A stretch of 63,718 nucleotides of DNA, the filler included, from Licmophora abbreviata (lineage: Eukaryota): NCBI GenBank assembly GCA_900291995.1. It is 16 parts of 16 records of this genome, joined end to end, with 100 filler letters (N's around TTAATTAATTAA, not from the genome) between each part and the next. Parts side by side here need not be neighbours in the genome. Positions count along the whole stretch, not along the records: positions 21,446 to 25,563 come from OLMU01003314.1; positions 25,664 to 26,974 come from OLMU01003315.1; positions 27,075 to 33,543 come from OLMU01003316.1; positions 33,644 to 37,038 come from OLMU01003319.1; 12 more parts are not named here. One strand, 5' to 3'. Positions 21,818-33,871 of this stretch are shown here, piece after piece. Position 1 is the first letter of the stretch, and each line of letters opens with the position of its first letter. The translations under genes were made by a program, and so were the position numbers. The notes beneath the pieces are model-generated. The model was not told the DNA's origin. It ran no database searches and worked only from the letters and a program-made list of their open reading frames with translations.

Positions 21818-22893
21818 TTAGTTCCCATGCACCAGCTCATAGAGCAAGTCGAATACCCCAGGCGACAATAAGAAGGAATCCTGTACCAAGTACCAGAGTT
21901 CGTCCGGCAATGCAGAAGGAGCGACCGAGCTAAAAGATTGTCGCAATTGTCTTTCGAGAGAGGCCCGCACTCCAAAATCTTGAGCGGCAGCTCGGGATCT
22001 GGTGTCATGAGGGATGTTAGATCCGTGTGAATGTACCGCACCTGACGGCGCTGCTCTGGAAGAAACGAGTCCGACCCGACCAGGTACAGTCGAATCCTGT
22101 CGCGCACGCGCTCACGATCTTCCCATTGCTGTCCGCAGATTGTCTCTTGCAACAGCACAGTCAGTCGCTTTTCATTGGCCTCGCATTCTGCCACAGTGCG
22201 CAGCTTAATCAAGTACAAAGCAAGCACGCCCGTAGAAGACTTTGACCCGATTCCTTTCATCTCTTGGTAGAAATCGAATTTTGGATAGATCCAGTCGCCT
22301 GGTTTGGAAAGCGCATAGCGAGGCGGTCGTTCAAAGAAGCCGTAGTGCAGCAATGAGTATGCCGCTTCGTGACAACCAACAGCAGCGAGGACACAGATGA
22401 CTTGATAGACGCACTGAAACGAGTATGCTCGCGATAACCTCATGAGTTCGATGTAGTGTTTGAGAGATCTGGAATAGATTTCGAGACCACGCTCGATGGT
22501 ATCCGAAGACCGATAAGCCATAGAGAGCAGCGCGTGCGCCAACTCATACTTGATCGAACAGTATCTCCCCGTCACATTCTCCCTTGCACCGCTGCTTCCC
22601 CACTCTCCGGCGTAGTCATCCCCCCAGACGAATTTGAAGTCGTCGCGCTGCAGCTTTGCGTCCAGTTCCTGCAGCTTTTCAGTGAGTTTCGAGACTTTCT
22701 TGCAATCACCCTTGTGCGCCATGATTACATAGTGCTTTCGCTGACAGTCGACACTACAATACATGGTACAATGACATCGAGAACACCGTTTGAGACGTTG
22801 CTCGACTTGCGAAACGCGGCAATGAGCGCAGTAGGAGGGCAGCGGCGAAGAGAACAGATACTCGTCCACTGTAGGGAAGATTGCAGAGCTCAT
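21818..22893 (-). CDS. MYND zinc-finger protein, with an apparent 1-nt frameshift near 21932-21935
   Basis: CAHC...CSRC...YCSVDCQRKH...HKGDC; a more plausible C-terminus (PDELWYLVQDSFLLSPGVFDLL) lies in the adjacent frame and ends at 21818. Confidence 0.75.
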
Positions 22894-23070
22894 TTTTCTT
22901 CGTTTTGTGGCTCTAGACGTAAATGTCCATTTTTCATTCTCAAGCCTTTACGTCTTTCCCCTTTTCGTTCTACCTGGTACTGGTATCAGTGTGTGATAGC
23001 GACGAAGACGGCCCCGAGAGGAGTGGCATGAATGTGCCATGAGGGCTGAGGGCTGCTGGTTTGGTCCCCA

Positions 23071-23107
23071 AAAATCCAAAATCCAAAAATCCAAAAATCC
23101 AAAATCC
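23071..23107. repeat. Short tandem repeat (AAAATCC/AAAAATCC)x5
   Basis: Directly visible upstream of the MYND gene. Confidence 0.8.
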
Positions 23108-23525
23108 GCCGTAGTCAAGTACTCGTAGACTCGTACATCTGGCAGATGAGTACCACGTTTTACGTAGGAAAATATGGAGAGCCGGGCGGTCAACCTCAAT
23201 CGATACAGCCGCCACAGTCTTAAATCTAAGGACCTCGTTTCTTGTATTTCTCATATCAGAATTTATCATTAGCCGAGACTAGAGGAGAGCTTATGGTCAA
23301 CATCGTTGCCGTCGGGCCAGGTCTCAGCACAGGAGTGGTGCCTTCCCACACACCCGAGTCACCACTTTTGCTCGGAATTGCATGGCACTGTTCTTTTCCT
23401 ACATGACTTGACTCACCTGAGGCGAAAGATACTGCAGAGTGTGGACCTTATAAATACATACGAAATATGATAGATATGTCGATGGAGATTCAAAAAGTAA
23501 GTGGTGTACACTCGATACACGCGGA

Positions 23526-25514
23526 CTAATGCCTATTATTCCGCCACGCTTCAGGAAGCATTTCGTTGGGCATGTGTATTGCATGTCGAAATGCTCCCGA
23601 AAGGTGTAGATCTGATGAGTAAGGCCTGTCGCCAAAGACAATATTTTCTCGGGTCACGTGACGCTTTCGTACGAAATAGTTTGCTTCATGATAATGGGGG
23701 CCATCGACATCATAGACAATGTCGCCATTCCTGCCCACGTACCGATCCATAACCCAGCAAGGAATGCCGCGTTGATTGAGATCAAAAGACATTTCCGCAA
23801 ACTCGTCTGGCGGGTCTCCTAGCGAGTTTCCAAACACCCGCGGGTGACAGTGCGTCTCCAAGTGCGGTGGGTATGGATCGAGCTGCTGCTCCGCGTAGGT
23901 CCGCAAAGGCGCACCATGGAAGCGCGCATTCCAAATGTGGCTCGTCTCGTAGCGCCATCTGGAACCCTTGGGCGGAGGCTTCCACTCTTGAAAGTGTTTT
24001 TGCAATGCCACCTCGAACTCATCGCCATAATCAAGGAACAACTCTTCGCCCACTTGAAGATCTCGCAGTGCGACATATTCCATAATGAGACTCACTTTGC
24101 CGTTCCCAACCATTTGCTCAACTGGCAACTCGAGCCAGGAAGCATTATGCCCTAATACTGTGTCCGGCACCCACTGCACCTTGATGTTAGCCTGTGTCTG
24201 ATTGTGGTTGATGTAATTGACACCAGCTCCGTATGGACACAGCAACAGTGTCGTATCGGAATGCGTAAAGCAGTAATTGACGAGAATTTGTTCCGTTGAC
24301 ACATCCCTGGATATTCGAACGACATTTTCGGTTTCGGGATTGACAGCCAAATGGTGCACTTTGGCAATGGATCGATACGGCTGGTGCAACAAAGGCGTTG
24401 CCGACACAATTTCGCCCTTTCGGAGAGCATGTCTTACAAAAGCACCCTTGCCCGCTTGGGGGAGAGTCGAAGCATCGGCGTACATATGATCAATGCAGCG
24501 ACCAATCCGATCCAGCTCTTCCAAAGACCGTGTCGCGTTGGGCTGATAGTAAGCCCTAATGCCTTCGGTACCCACAAATTCGGCGTCCTCCAGTGATTCC
24601 GGCAGCGCATTCAGGAACCGCGATGGTCCCAACTTTGGCTTCATGACATGCATCACAAAGTCCCAAATATTCTGCTTCAGTTCTTTACTTAGCCCTTGAG
24701 TCACCTGCAAGAACCTTTCGAGTGCCTCTTCGGCTGCCACGTGGTCGTTCGTCAGCGGCAGTTCTCCAAACAAGTATTGGCGATATACAAACCAATAGTC
24801 TCCATAGGACTTGAAACACTCGCCCCCGGCCGGAATCTCCTCGATCGCTTTGGTTCCACCCAGCATATACGGAGAATAGCTCCCCGCCATGGCATGAGTA
24901 CTTCGATGTATGTTGCTGAGATCGTAGGACGCATCACTGCCACCGACATTGACGAGTGCTAGATGCGAATTAATAGCGGCATCCAGCCCTGGACAATAGG
25001 CTTCAATGTCATTAATCATGGGCGTGCTTTCTCGCAACATGCCCATGGCCCATCCCTGCCAGATGTACGATTCAAAGGGAAAAAACCAGTCTGGCTGGGA
25101 GTGGTCGTATTCGGGTGTTGTTGCGTCGCGCAGTGTCGAGTCATCGTCATTGCGCCGTTCATCGAATTGTGTGAAAAAATAGTGTGCCTTCATGTCAATC
25201 AAGGGAATCGCCACATCTTGCATGTCAATTTCATCGCCACTGCGTAAGGCTCTTCCTGTAAAGATACCGATACCGGCATTGGGAATGGTAGAAGGTGCCA
25301 GATACAAGCCGCAAGAAGACGCATCTACTGTGGTACCATCGGTACTAGTTCTGTCAAGCGTTGAGTCCGGAGTGCTGTTTTGCTTCTTTTCCTCCACAAC
25401 ACAGACTTCCTTGCCATTACTATCAATCGAACAGGAGCTCTCCTTGCTGTAGATAAGGAGAGGGAGCAGGATGAGACCTACGAGCCGTCGAAACTTCCGC
25501 CGTTTGACCGCCAT
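23526..25514 (-). CDS. Secretory-pathway protein with two SET-like methyltransferase domains (diatom-type)
   Basis: Signal peptide; CGLYLAPSTIPNAGIGIF...INSH...GGECFKSYG and STLPQAGKGAF...NYINH...GEELFLDYG. Confidence 0.8.
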   Translation of the reverse strand: MAVKRRKFRRLVGLILLPLLIYSKESSCSIDSNGKEVCVVEEKKQNSTPDSTLDRTSTDGTTVDASSCGLYLAPSTIPNAGIGIFTGRALRSGDEIDMQDVAIPLIDMKAHYFFTQFDERRNDDDSTLRDATTPEYDHSQPDWFFPFESYIWQGWAMGMLRESTPMINDIEAYCPGLDAAINSHLALVNVGGSDASYDLSNIHRSTHAMAGSYSPYMLGGTKAIEEIPAGGECFKSYGDYWFVYRQYLFGELPLTNDHVAAEEALERFLQVTQGLSKELKQNIWDFVMHVMKPKLGPSRFLNALPESLEDAEFVGTEGIRAYYQPNATRSLEELDRIGRCIDHMYADASTLPQAGKGAFVRHALRKGEIVSATPLLHQPYRSIAKVHHLAVNPETENVVRISRDVSTEQILVNYCFTHSDTTLLLCPYGAGVNYINHNQTQANIKVQWVPDTVLGHNASWLELPVEQMVGNGKVSLIMEYVALRDLQVGEELFLDYGDEFEVALQKHFQEWKPPPKGSRWRYETSHIWNARFHGAPLRTYAEQQLDPYPPHLETHCHPRVFGNSLGDPPDEFAEMSFDLNQRGIPCWVMDRYVGRNGDIVYDVDGPHYHEANYFVRKRHVTRENIVFGDRPYSSDLHLSGAFRHAIHMPNEMLPEAWRNNRH

Positions 25515-25929
25515 GGTGCGATCCCGAATTAGATGGAATCAAATCCAAAATCCCGAAAAAAGCNNNNNNNNNNNNNNNNNNNNNNNNNNNNNNNNNNNNN
25601 NNNNNNNTTAATTAATTAANNNNNNNNNNNNNNNNNNNNNNNNNNNNNNNNNNNNNNNNNNNNGAGTTTAGAGTTTAGAGTTTAGGGAATTCGTCTGTAC
25701 GGCAGACGGGTGAAGGACATGTCGCTCGAATGTCGTACCTACGTCATGGTGCCACGAGCAGTATGTTCCTGACATCTCAATTGACGTTTTCAGTTTGACT
25801 AGAAGGTGCGGAATCTTTTTTGTTTTTGCTCTTCATCAAGTCGACCGGAAGTTTCGTTTGTTCTCATGCCGGCCGCCCTGCGCTTGCCCCTCGTCTCCTT
25901 CGTCCCAATTGAGCTCTTGAATCATCCCA

Positions 25930-26712
25930 ATGTCTTCAATTTGGATCTACAAGAATGTTCCGGGAGTTCATACACTCCATCGCAAGCTGAACCAGCTGAG
26001 CTCGTACGTGCCCCCACCGCCGTCGCTTCGAGATGATGGTTCTCCGAAAGAGCGGCGCATTCTACTGGTCCATTCGCATCCTGTCCCCACCAGCTTTTCG
26101 GCCGCCCTGGCTAATGCGTTTGTCGAGGCCGCGCTGGAATCAAACCAGGCAGAAGTAAGACGCATCAATCTATACGACAACAAGAGCAAGAAGGGTCGTT
26201 CTAGCCACTTCAATCCGGTCATGTCCCAGCAAGAACGAGAGCAGTATTTCAAGAATGCCGGTGCCGTCATCGAACCAGACAATTCACATCTATCGCCCGA
26301 AACGCAACAGCATATAAGAAATCTCCAGTGGTGCGACACGCTCGTCTTGGTCTATCCCACATGGTGGTCGGGTGCTCCCGCCAGTTTAAAGGGCTGGTTC
26401 GAACGCACGTTGGTCCCCGGAAGCACCTGGGACTTTCCTTCCGACACGGAACCAGCGGCACAGCGGATCGGACTTGTGCCGCGACTGAACAATATTGAAC
26501 GAATCATTGGGATTTCCACGTACGGTGGGTCTCCCACCATTACACTACTTGCAGGCGACGGAGGTCGGAACATGATTTCCAACAACATCCGCCATGCCAT
26601 TTCGCCTAATGCCAGTGTCCTGTGGCTGGGACTGTACAATATGGATTTCACTACGGATCAAGAGCGAACCCAGTTTTTGAACAAAGTCAAACAGACTGGA
26701 AGAGAATTGTAA
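25930..26712 (+). CDS. Flavodoxin-like NAD(P)H:quinone dehydrogenase (Flavodoxin_2 family)
   Basis: ILLVHSHPVPTSFS, LVYPTWWSGAPASLKGWFER, STYGG. Confidence 0.85.
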   Translation: MSSIWIYKNVPGVHTLHRKLNQLSSYVPPPPSLRDDGSPKERRILLVHSHPVPTSFSAALANAFVEAALESNQAEVRRINLYDNKSKKGRSSHFNPVMSQQEREQYFKNAGAVIEPDNSHLSPETQQHIRNLQWCDTLVLVYPTWWSGAPASLKGWFERTLVPGSTWDFPSDTEPAAQRIGLVPRLNNIERIIGISTYGGSPTITLLAGDGGRNMISNNIRHAISPNASVLWLGLYNMDFTTDQERTQFLNKVKQTGREL

Positions 26713-27378
26713 GGGAATGCAATACTGTTCGCGCGCAATTTCGCGAGTGAAATCGTTGCTGCTGCACCCCCTAGTCTAATACTGTTTGCGGTACAGAGTG
26801 CACTGATGTTCACTCCACAGTAGGTCCTCGTCGATCGAGTCGTGTTCCTAACCTAGTTTCTAATGTAGAGCCGTGGTCGTCTCGGGCTTCTCTTCGACAC
26901 GCGAAGTCGCCACGGCCGTACCGGTACTCACAAATCAATCGTACATACAATGAGCTGCTACTGAGAACGGCTTTNNNNNNNNNNNNNNNNNNNNNNNNNN
27001 NNNNNNNNNNNNNNNNNNTTAATTAATTAANNNNNNNNNNNNNNNNNNNNNNNNNNNNNNNNNNNNNNNNNNNNACTGCTCCGGCTCACCACCGCAATCA
27101 GCTCCCAGCTCCGAGTCGAGGCTCGCCAACGTCGAGAGACTACAAAGGACTGGTTGGTCCAATGTTCCCACCCGGCCTACCGGTATCATAGGGAACTGTG
27201 ACTCAGTGTGCGACGGTTTTAGATATGGAGGCGGGACTGGGAGTTTGGCGTGATTGATGGCCGCCGCGCGGGAAAAGTGAAGCACGATAGCGCCTCACCA
27301 GTTGAGTTTTAGTGATGTTGCTCGTTGTTTGTGAAGTCACTCTTCCTGATCTGTGTTTCTGTCGTGATTGCGAGTGAA

Positions 27379-29623
27379 ATGAAAAGCGACGAAGAGCAAT
27401 CAAGCGACGATCCGGCCGAGCTAATTCGAAAATTGCAGCTTCGACTTCATGCTCTAAACTTGCCGCGCAGTCGAGTCCGTAAACTCCCTCCGAGTAGCTA
27501 TGCCCAAGTTAAATTCGTCCAAGATCCTTTTTCTAAAACCACCGTCGATTGGGATAGTACCGAAGTGTAAGGCCAGATACGAATCGGCAGATAGTGTACT
27601 CGTGAAATGGATGAAAAGCGTGAGCCTGACCTATTTTGAACAACCGACTCTCATTTCGCACAGAGTACGCCAGAGTTGCCACCCGCAATGGACTAAACCC
27701 TTAACCTTAGATTATGAGACGGGAACAGAAAGATACTTCTTGGTGCAGATAATGAAGGAACGTGGTGATGAAAAAGAGGACAGCCTGATGGGAAGTGCTC
27801 TGTTTGAGATTTCCGATATATTGGGAACTCGCATGGACACCAAAGTGAAGCGGTTGCAGGGTGGTGGATGGTAGGTGGCCTAGATTGTACTTCGTTTGAT
27901 TCATCTTGATAAGGTCACTCATCGTCGTGTCTTTTCCAATCTAGCGTATTCGCACATCTGGAGCCCATCATGCACGAGGAACACACACTGTTTCGATTTC
28001 AAGTTCGAGCCATGGAGCTCCTTCTCAGAGGGAGCGCCGGTGGGCCGTTCTGGAACGCTGGCCCTAATACTGTCTTGGAGCTGGCGAAGCAACAGGTGTC
28101 GACCATAGGAAATTCATGGTGAGTAAACAGCATGCCAGGATCAGAGGAAAGCGTTCGAGTCGCCGAATTCACGAAACAATCGCTTCTGCTGTTGGGCTCC
28201 ATCAGGATGGCGGTCTACCGATCAAGTCCAGTCAATGATAGCTTTCAACCAACATGGGATGAGTCAGTGATCGATTTGACCGTTTGCTGCAATGGAGACT
28301 TGGTAAGAAATAAAGTACATGGAAAAGTTGAGGCGTTCTAATCTGATTTGTTTTGTCTTACAAGCCGCCATCTGTTGAACGCTACCTCAGGACTGTCCAA
28401 TACGAATCTCAGTGTTGCAGCGAAAGAAAGGGAGAGCAAATATCTTGGTGGGAGTTTGCGAAACGACAGTTCAGAGGATGCTCAGCTCTTGTTTGGAGGG
28501 CGACCTAGAGGAAGAGAGTGAGATGGACCTTGTACTCTTCAAGCCATCGTCGAAACGAGTGGAAGCGGGGAGACTGAGGGTCATCAAAGCCAGGGTGTAC
28601 TCGCCAAACAGTGAGAATCGTTCGGATAGGTTGTCTGACGATGTGGCACAGTCATACGCTCTCGACACGGCGGCATCGAAGACGCACGAGGAACAAACTC
28701 GCGCTCACGATACCTCAGTTGATGGTCCGTCTCTGCTGAGTTTTCAGGACTATGTTGACAGTGGTTGCGAAATTGATCTTTGCGTGGCTATTGATTTTAC
28801 CAGCTCGAACGGTACGCCCGTTCTTTGCGCTCTTGTTTGTTCTTATTATTGCCGCGAGCGTCTAATGAACACTGAATACCACGTGCATCGTTCACAAGGC
28901 AACCCGAATCAGGCAGGTACATTGCACTACCAGGCACCGGACTCGTTGAATGACTACGAGGAAACTATTACTTCCATAGGAGAGTCGCTTGCCGTTTTCA
29001 GTCGTTCCAAAGAATTTCCAGTCTGGGGGTTCGGCGCCAAGTTTGGAGGCGTCGTGCGCCACATTTTTCAATTGGGTCAAGATCGCACCGCCAAGGACGT
29101 AGACGGTGTTCTGGATGCCTATCACAGTGTCTTTGCTCGGGAGCTCATCATGAGCGGACCGACTGTGATGGACCAGGTGATTCAGGCGGCAGCGATGCGT
29201 GCTCGAAACTACCACGTAAGTGCATTTGCTTCGAATAAAGTTGTTGTGTCTGCTTGCTCGGGACGCTCACTCGCAACCTCGCCACTGCCACGGATCATTT
29301 CTCAGCAAGAAATGATATTGCAGCTTCGCTATTGCGTTCTACTCATTCTCACAGACGGCACAGTCGACAATATCGAAGAAACGAAACGCAAACTGAACGT
29401 CTATCGCGAACTACCACTTACGGTAGTCATTGTCGGCATTGGGCGCGCTGACTTTCGCGCCATGACGCAGCTTGTTGCCAGCAACCGTTGCACGAATGTT
29501 ATATTCGTAGCCTTTCGCCAACACCAACACAACCCCACGTCCATGGCGGAGGCTGCTTTGAAAGATTTACCACGTCAAATTGTCCAGTATATGATGCGCA
29601 ATCGCATCACACCGACACAATAA
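27379..29623 (+). CDS. Copine (C2-C2-vWA), multi-exon
   Basis: C2 motifs (HPQWTK, QPTWDE); vWA motifs VAIDFTSSNG, FPVWGFGA, SGPT, LLILTDG, VIVGIG; six GT-AG introns join in frame. Confidence 0.85.
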
Positions 29624-29709
29624 TGAGCATGGTCACCGTCGTCTTCAAACACCGGTAGCGGAGGGAGCTAGCAACCAGAACGAGAGGCTAGTCTATCAGG
29701 TTATCATCA

Positions 29710-30816
29710 TCATTGCGTTTTTGTTGGCCGTCTCGAATATCGTCTTCCCGTTCCATCGTCCACTTGATCACGTCCTCCTCGAATCATCCAGAGCGCCCCT
29801 TCATAGGCACTAAACCGACTCGCACTCACAAGAAAGGCCCGCGCTATACTAGGGGACACACCTGCGTACAATCTCCGGATGCCTTGTTCCTTGACTAAGT
29901 CTCGTACCACTTGGACCAGAGTTTTCTTAGTACTGGTTGTAGATTCGACATTCCGTCCCTGTACACTTGCACGAACACAATCGAGCGGAAAGGACACGAA
30001 CCACGCTATCGCACCGGCAAATCCCCCCGCCACAGGTACTGCAACCTTGTGATGCTCCTGATGAAAGCGTTGCAAGAGGACTTCCCGCAGTCCCTCGTAC
30101 ATGTAAAAGTACGTCCCCAGAAAGACAGTCTCTCGTAGTGTATTGACGACATGTCCCGTGTAGAGTATCGACATATTGCCTTGATTCTTTCGTACCAATG
30201 TTTGTACACAGTGCAGGGAGCCCTTGTATTTGGGAGGACTGGCACGATCGAGCTGCATTTGGGTCTTGATGAAATTCTCCACGGTACTGACGCAACTCCC
30301 GACGGGTGCTCCGGTCATCCCGGCCAGGGCATTGCGAACATCCCAGCCATACGAGTCCGCAGAGCCGTATAGTTCTCGAAAGAAGGAGTAGAGGGTAAAG
30401 TTGGATGTATTGAGAATGCTGAGTGAAATGAGGGGAGGGAGCATGCCACGATAAAGGGAGAGGAAGGATTCGGTTCGAACAATGTGGGACGCGATGCGAA
30501 AAATGCCAGTGTGTTTTGGAGAGGAGGGTATCGTCTGACCAGTCTGAAGTCGTGTCTTGATGGTGTCGAGACTGATGGAAGATGGAGAGAGACATTCGCG
30601 CGACGAATGTATATGTGAACATTGAGTGTGTGAGTAAGTACAAGTATGAGATATGGCACAAGACCGTACCATGGCACTACCAAGTACATCACCACTCCTT
30701 GTATTGATTGGTGGTTTAAAGTACACTCACGGAAATCCAATAATCGTGCCGACAATGCCTGCTGCGAGACCTCCTGCCGCTTCTTCTCCGAGACGGAGTT
30801 CCTGAAACGTTTTCAT
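29710..30816 (-). CDS. Mitochondrial carrier (SLC25, carnitine/acylcarnitine or amino-acid carrier-like; intron 30730-30572)
   Basis: Exon 1 MKTFQELRLGEEAAGGLAAGIVGTIIGFP joins LDTIKTRLQ; further Px[DE]xx[KR]-type signatures (VENFIKTQMQ, PLDCVRASVQ). Confidence 0.88.
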
Positions 30817-31272
30817 TGGGGAAGCGAGAGATAAGGAAAGCAAGAGTAGAGAGTAGTGGTAAACTGCATTCAAGTCGTCACGTGATGGCAATGATGTGGT
30901 GCTGTCCGCGATGTCTGTTCCCTCCGATGGATTGATTCAATGTTTCGAGTTGCAGATTTCGCCGGCGCGCACTTTTTTCGTCGTTGCCGATCGGACGACC
31001 GACGTACTGGAAGTGTTCCTCGACATGTCACTGTGACATTCTTTGTGATGAAGTGTACTATAAACACGGTTTGTGTAGAGAGTATACCAAACTATACGTA
31101 GTCTTTCGAGAATAGCATTCTTGGAGTGCCACCGCGCAGACGACGAACACGAACCGCGAGACACCGCGACAACGAAAAACAGAAGACCAGCAGCTTGCGA
31201 CTGATACCGTCGCTGTCTCTCTCGTTGCGCTGGACTCCGTTGCCTCCCTCTCCCCTGTAGCACTACTCTAGC

Positions 31273-32969
31273 ATGTTCAAGAGAGTGATTTCGAATCCAG
31301 AGGAACTGGGAAGCCAAAGCAAAAAACTTGAGTTTTCGTCGAAAGAATTAGACGGTACGGCCGCTACCGAGGCCAGGATGAGCAGCAGGGGGACGCCCGC
31401 AGTGGTGATTCCTGCCGAGAAGACAACAGCAAAAGAGCAAGAGGCACCTCTTTCGTCTTCGATGCCTTCCGAACGTGTCATGATCCAAGCCGAGAACGAA
31501 AGTGTCCTTCGTCGCGCGGAAGCCCTGCTCTTGACACGAACCGATTCCAAAAACAGTGTCTCGTCTTCGGCCAATTCTTCGGTACGCACGGGACAGTCGG
31601 GCTCCAAAAACGGAAGTGGGAACTGGGGGTGGTTTGAGGATGTACATGCGAGCGGGCCGATGGAAACTAGTAGCAACAAGAAGAAGGACAAGTGGAGTGG
31701 CAAGGGACAGCAGGGACTCGTCCCGGTTCGACCCTTTGTCGGCGATGCGGCCGAGCTTACCGATATCGTATCCAAACAGCAACAGCAGCCTCAAGATGGT
31801 GAGTTCAAGAATGAAAGAAAGATATATCTGGAATGTGTCAGAGTCGTTTTTGCTCACTACTTCAACCGTTTTCTCTTCTTGCTGTCTCCACCACCTACCC
31901 AAAAATTGTAACCTACTTCTCATCAACAACGATAAAACTAGATGCCGCCGCCGCCGTCACGGCGCCTAACTACGTCTTGGAAGAGTCCCTCAGCAGTCAG
32001 AAACTCTGGAAGGACACTGCCGGCACTCGTCCTCCGCAGCCGGTCGAAGAACGCGCCTTTTACGAAAAAATGTGGGCTCAGAACTTTGCCCGGTCCCATG
32101 TCGACTACCAGATACCTCACGAAGTATTGGCGGCATCGTCGCCAATCTTCCTATCTCCCTTTGCCGATCATCAGTTTGATGATGACACCAATCACCATGC
32201 TGCTGGTGGTCGTGGGGATCATCATCACCCCCCTTCCAATTTGCAACATTACAATGTCGAAACACAAGCGACGGATGAGGAAATTGCGCATGCGATTCAT
32301 CGATTGCACGATGCGCCGAGTGTGAGTAGTGCTGGCAACAATGTGAATTCTACGCTGGCTGTCAATAAGACAGTCAAGGGCAGTGCGAGTGATGGAGATT
32401 TGACAGTCATGATTCGAGGAGACAACGTCTTTGGAACGACCGTCAGCAAGTCGTTTCTTAGACAGAGTGAAATCGGTAATATGGAGGGGGTCGATACGGT
32501 CAATATCTCCATTGCCAGTTACCGTGTGGTGGAGTCCAAAACACGCGGCAAGTATGCTCAATTTCTTGTCATTTACCGGGAAGGCAGTATTCGCGACACA
32601 ATGGGCGTTTGGAAGCGATACTCCGACTTTGATTCCCTCTCACGCAAAGTCACGCAAGCCCACGAGGGGTGTTCCAGTGTATTGGCAAATATGAGTCCCA
32701 TGCACATTACTCAAGAGAGTGATGTCGAACACTTGCCGAATGCCATTACTTCGTGGCGATTGTTAAAGAAGCGACAGCGTTGGTATCGATGCCTCGATGC
32801 TGGTTATTTGAGTTTGAAGGTGTTCTTGCTGGAGCGTTTCTTACATGACATTCTGTTTGAGAGTTCGAGTCCTGGCTTGTTACGAGAGTTTGTCACGGCA
32901 GGGCATGGCGGGAACAGCAGCTGTGGAAGTAGTAGTAGTGGCAGCAGCGATGGAAGCCAGAGTCCGTAA
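31273..32969 (+). CDS. PX-domain-containing protein (intron 31799-31941)
   Basis: C-terminal ISIASYRVV...YAQFLV...VWKRYSDF; in-frame splice G|AT. Confidence 0.7.
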
Positions 32970-33391
32970 GAGGGTGAGCTTTCAGTGAAGCGGGCAGCAA
33001 CTGAGTGAGCGAGCATGTCGGCGCGAGTTTTGGTCTTTTTGGTACGCATTCCACCAGGCACTTCTACATTTTACACTACATGCAGGCGAAAGTACTTTCT
33101 AGCATATGCATGTTGCATACCAAGTAGTTTGTATCACTGTGTGTGGTGGGGCTTCAATCGAACAAAGATTTCTTTCGCTCCTCATCAAGGAGTTTTTCCA
33201 AAAAAAAGTCAGTGTGCAAGATATTGCAGCACGGGCGGCGGCCGCACTGTTGCGCGGCGACAAATCTCAAATTTAAATTGCACAGAAACGCGACCGCGAA
33301 GCCTGCACAGAGCACTGAGACGCGATCGGCTTTTGTCGACACTTTCTCCTCTCGTCACAATTTCGTCTCTCGGCATCACTTTCCTACAGTC

Positions 33392-33543
33392 ATGTCCGAT
33401 CTGGTTCGCAAATTCGCCGATACGAAGCTTCGCTTCGAGTCTCCCGTCGAGGACCCTCGCATGTTCGAGGGCACTGCCGAAGCGCTCAAGGGTGTCGGTC
33501 CTGTGGAGTATCCGACGTCCACCACGCCTCGAAACGAAGTCGT
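33392..33543 (+). CDS. 5' fragment of an unidentified protein, truncated by the gap
   Basis: MSDLVRKFADTKLRFESPVEDPRMFEG... frame open to the gap. Confidence 0.35.
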
Positions 33544-33871
33544 NNNNNNNNNNNNNNNNNNNNNNNNNNNNNNNNNNNNNNNNNNNNTTAATTAATTAAN
33601 NNNNNNNNNNNNNNNNNNNNNNNNNNNNNNNNNNNNNNNNNNNCTTGACGCATCACTGACGCACTTTTTTGTATAGTATACTTTCTTGTTTCGATGCCTG
33701 GCGCAGCAACTCTCTCTCTCTCTCTCTCTGTCGAGTGGTCCTAGTCTCGCGTTCTTTGTGAAATATAGCATAAAGTGCGACAATAGAGCGACAGTGCTGG
33801 AGAAAAGAAATCCGCTGATTTTGAAGTCTGTTTTTGCACTTTGATTGGCCGCGCTTGTACACACACACAAG

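Noticed and set aside
25664..25687. Telomere-like (GAGTTTA)3-TTTAGGG at a contig start
   Set aside because: Too short and degenerate, and internal to the scaffold
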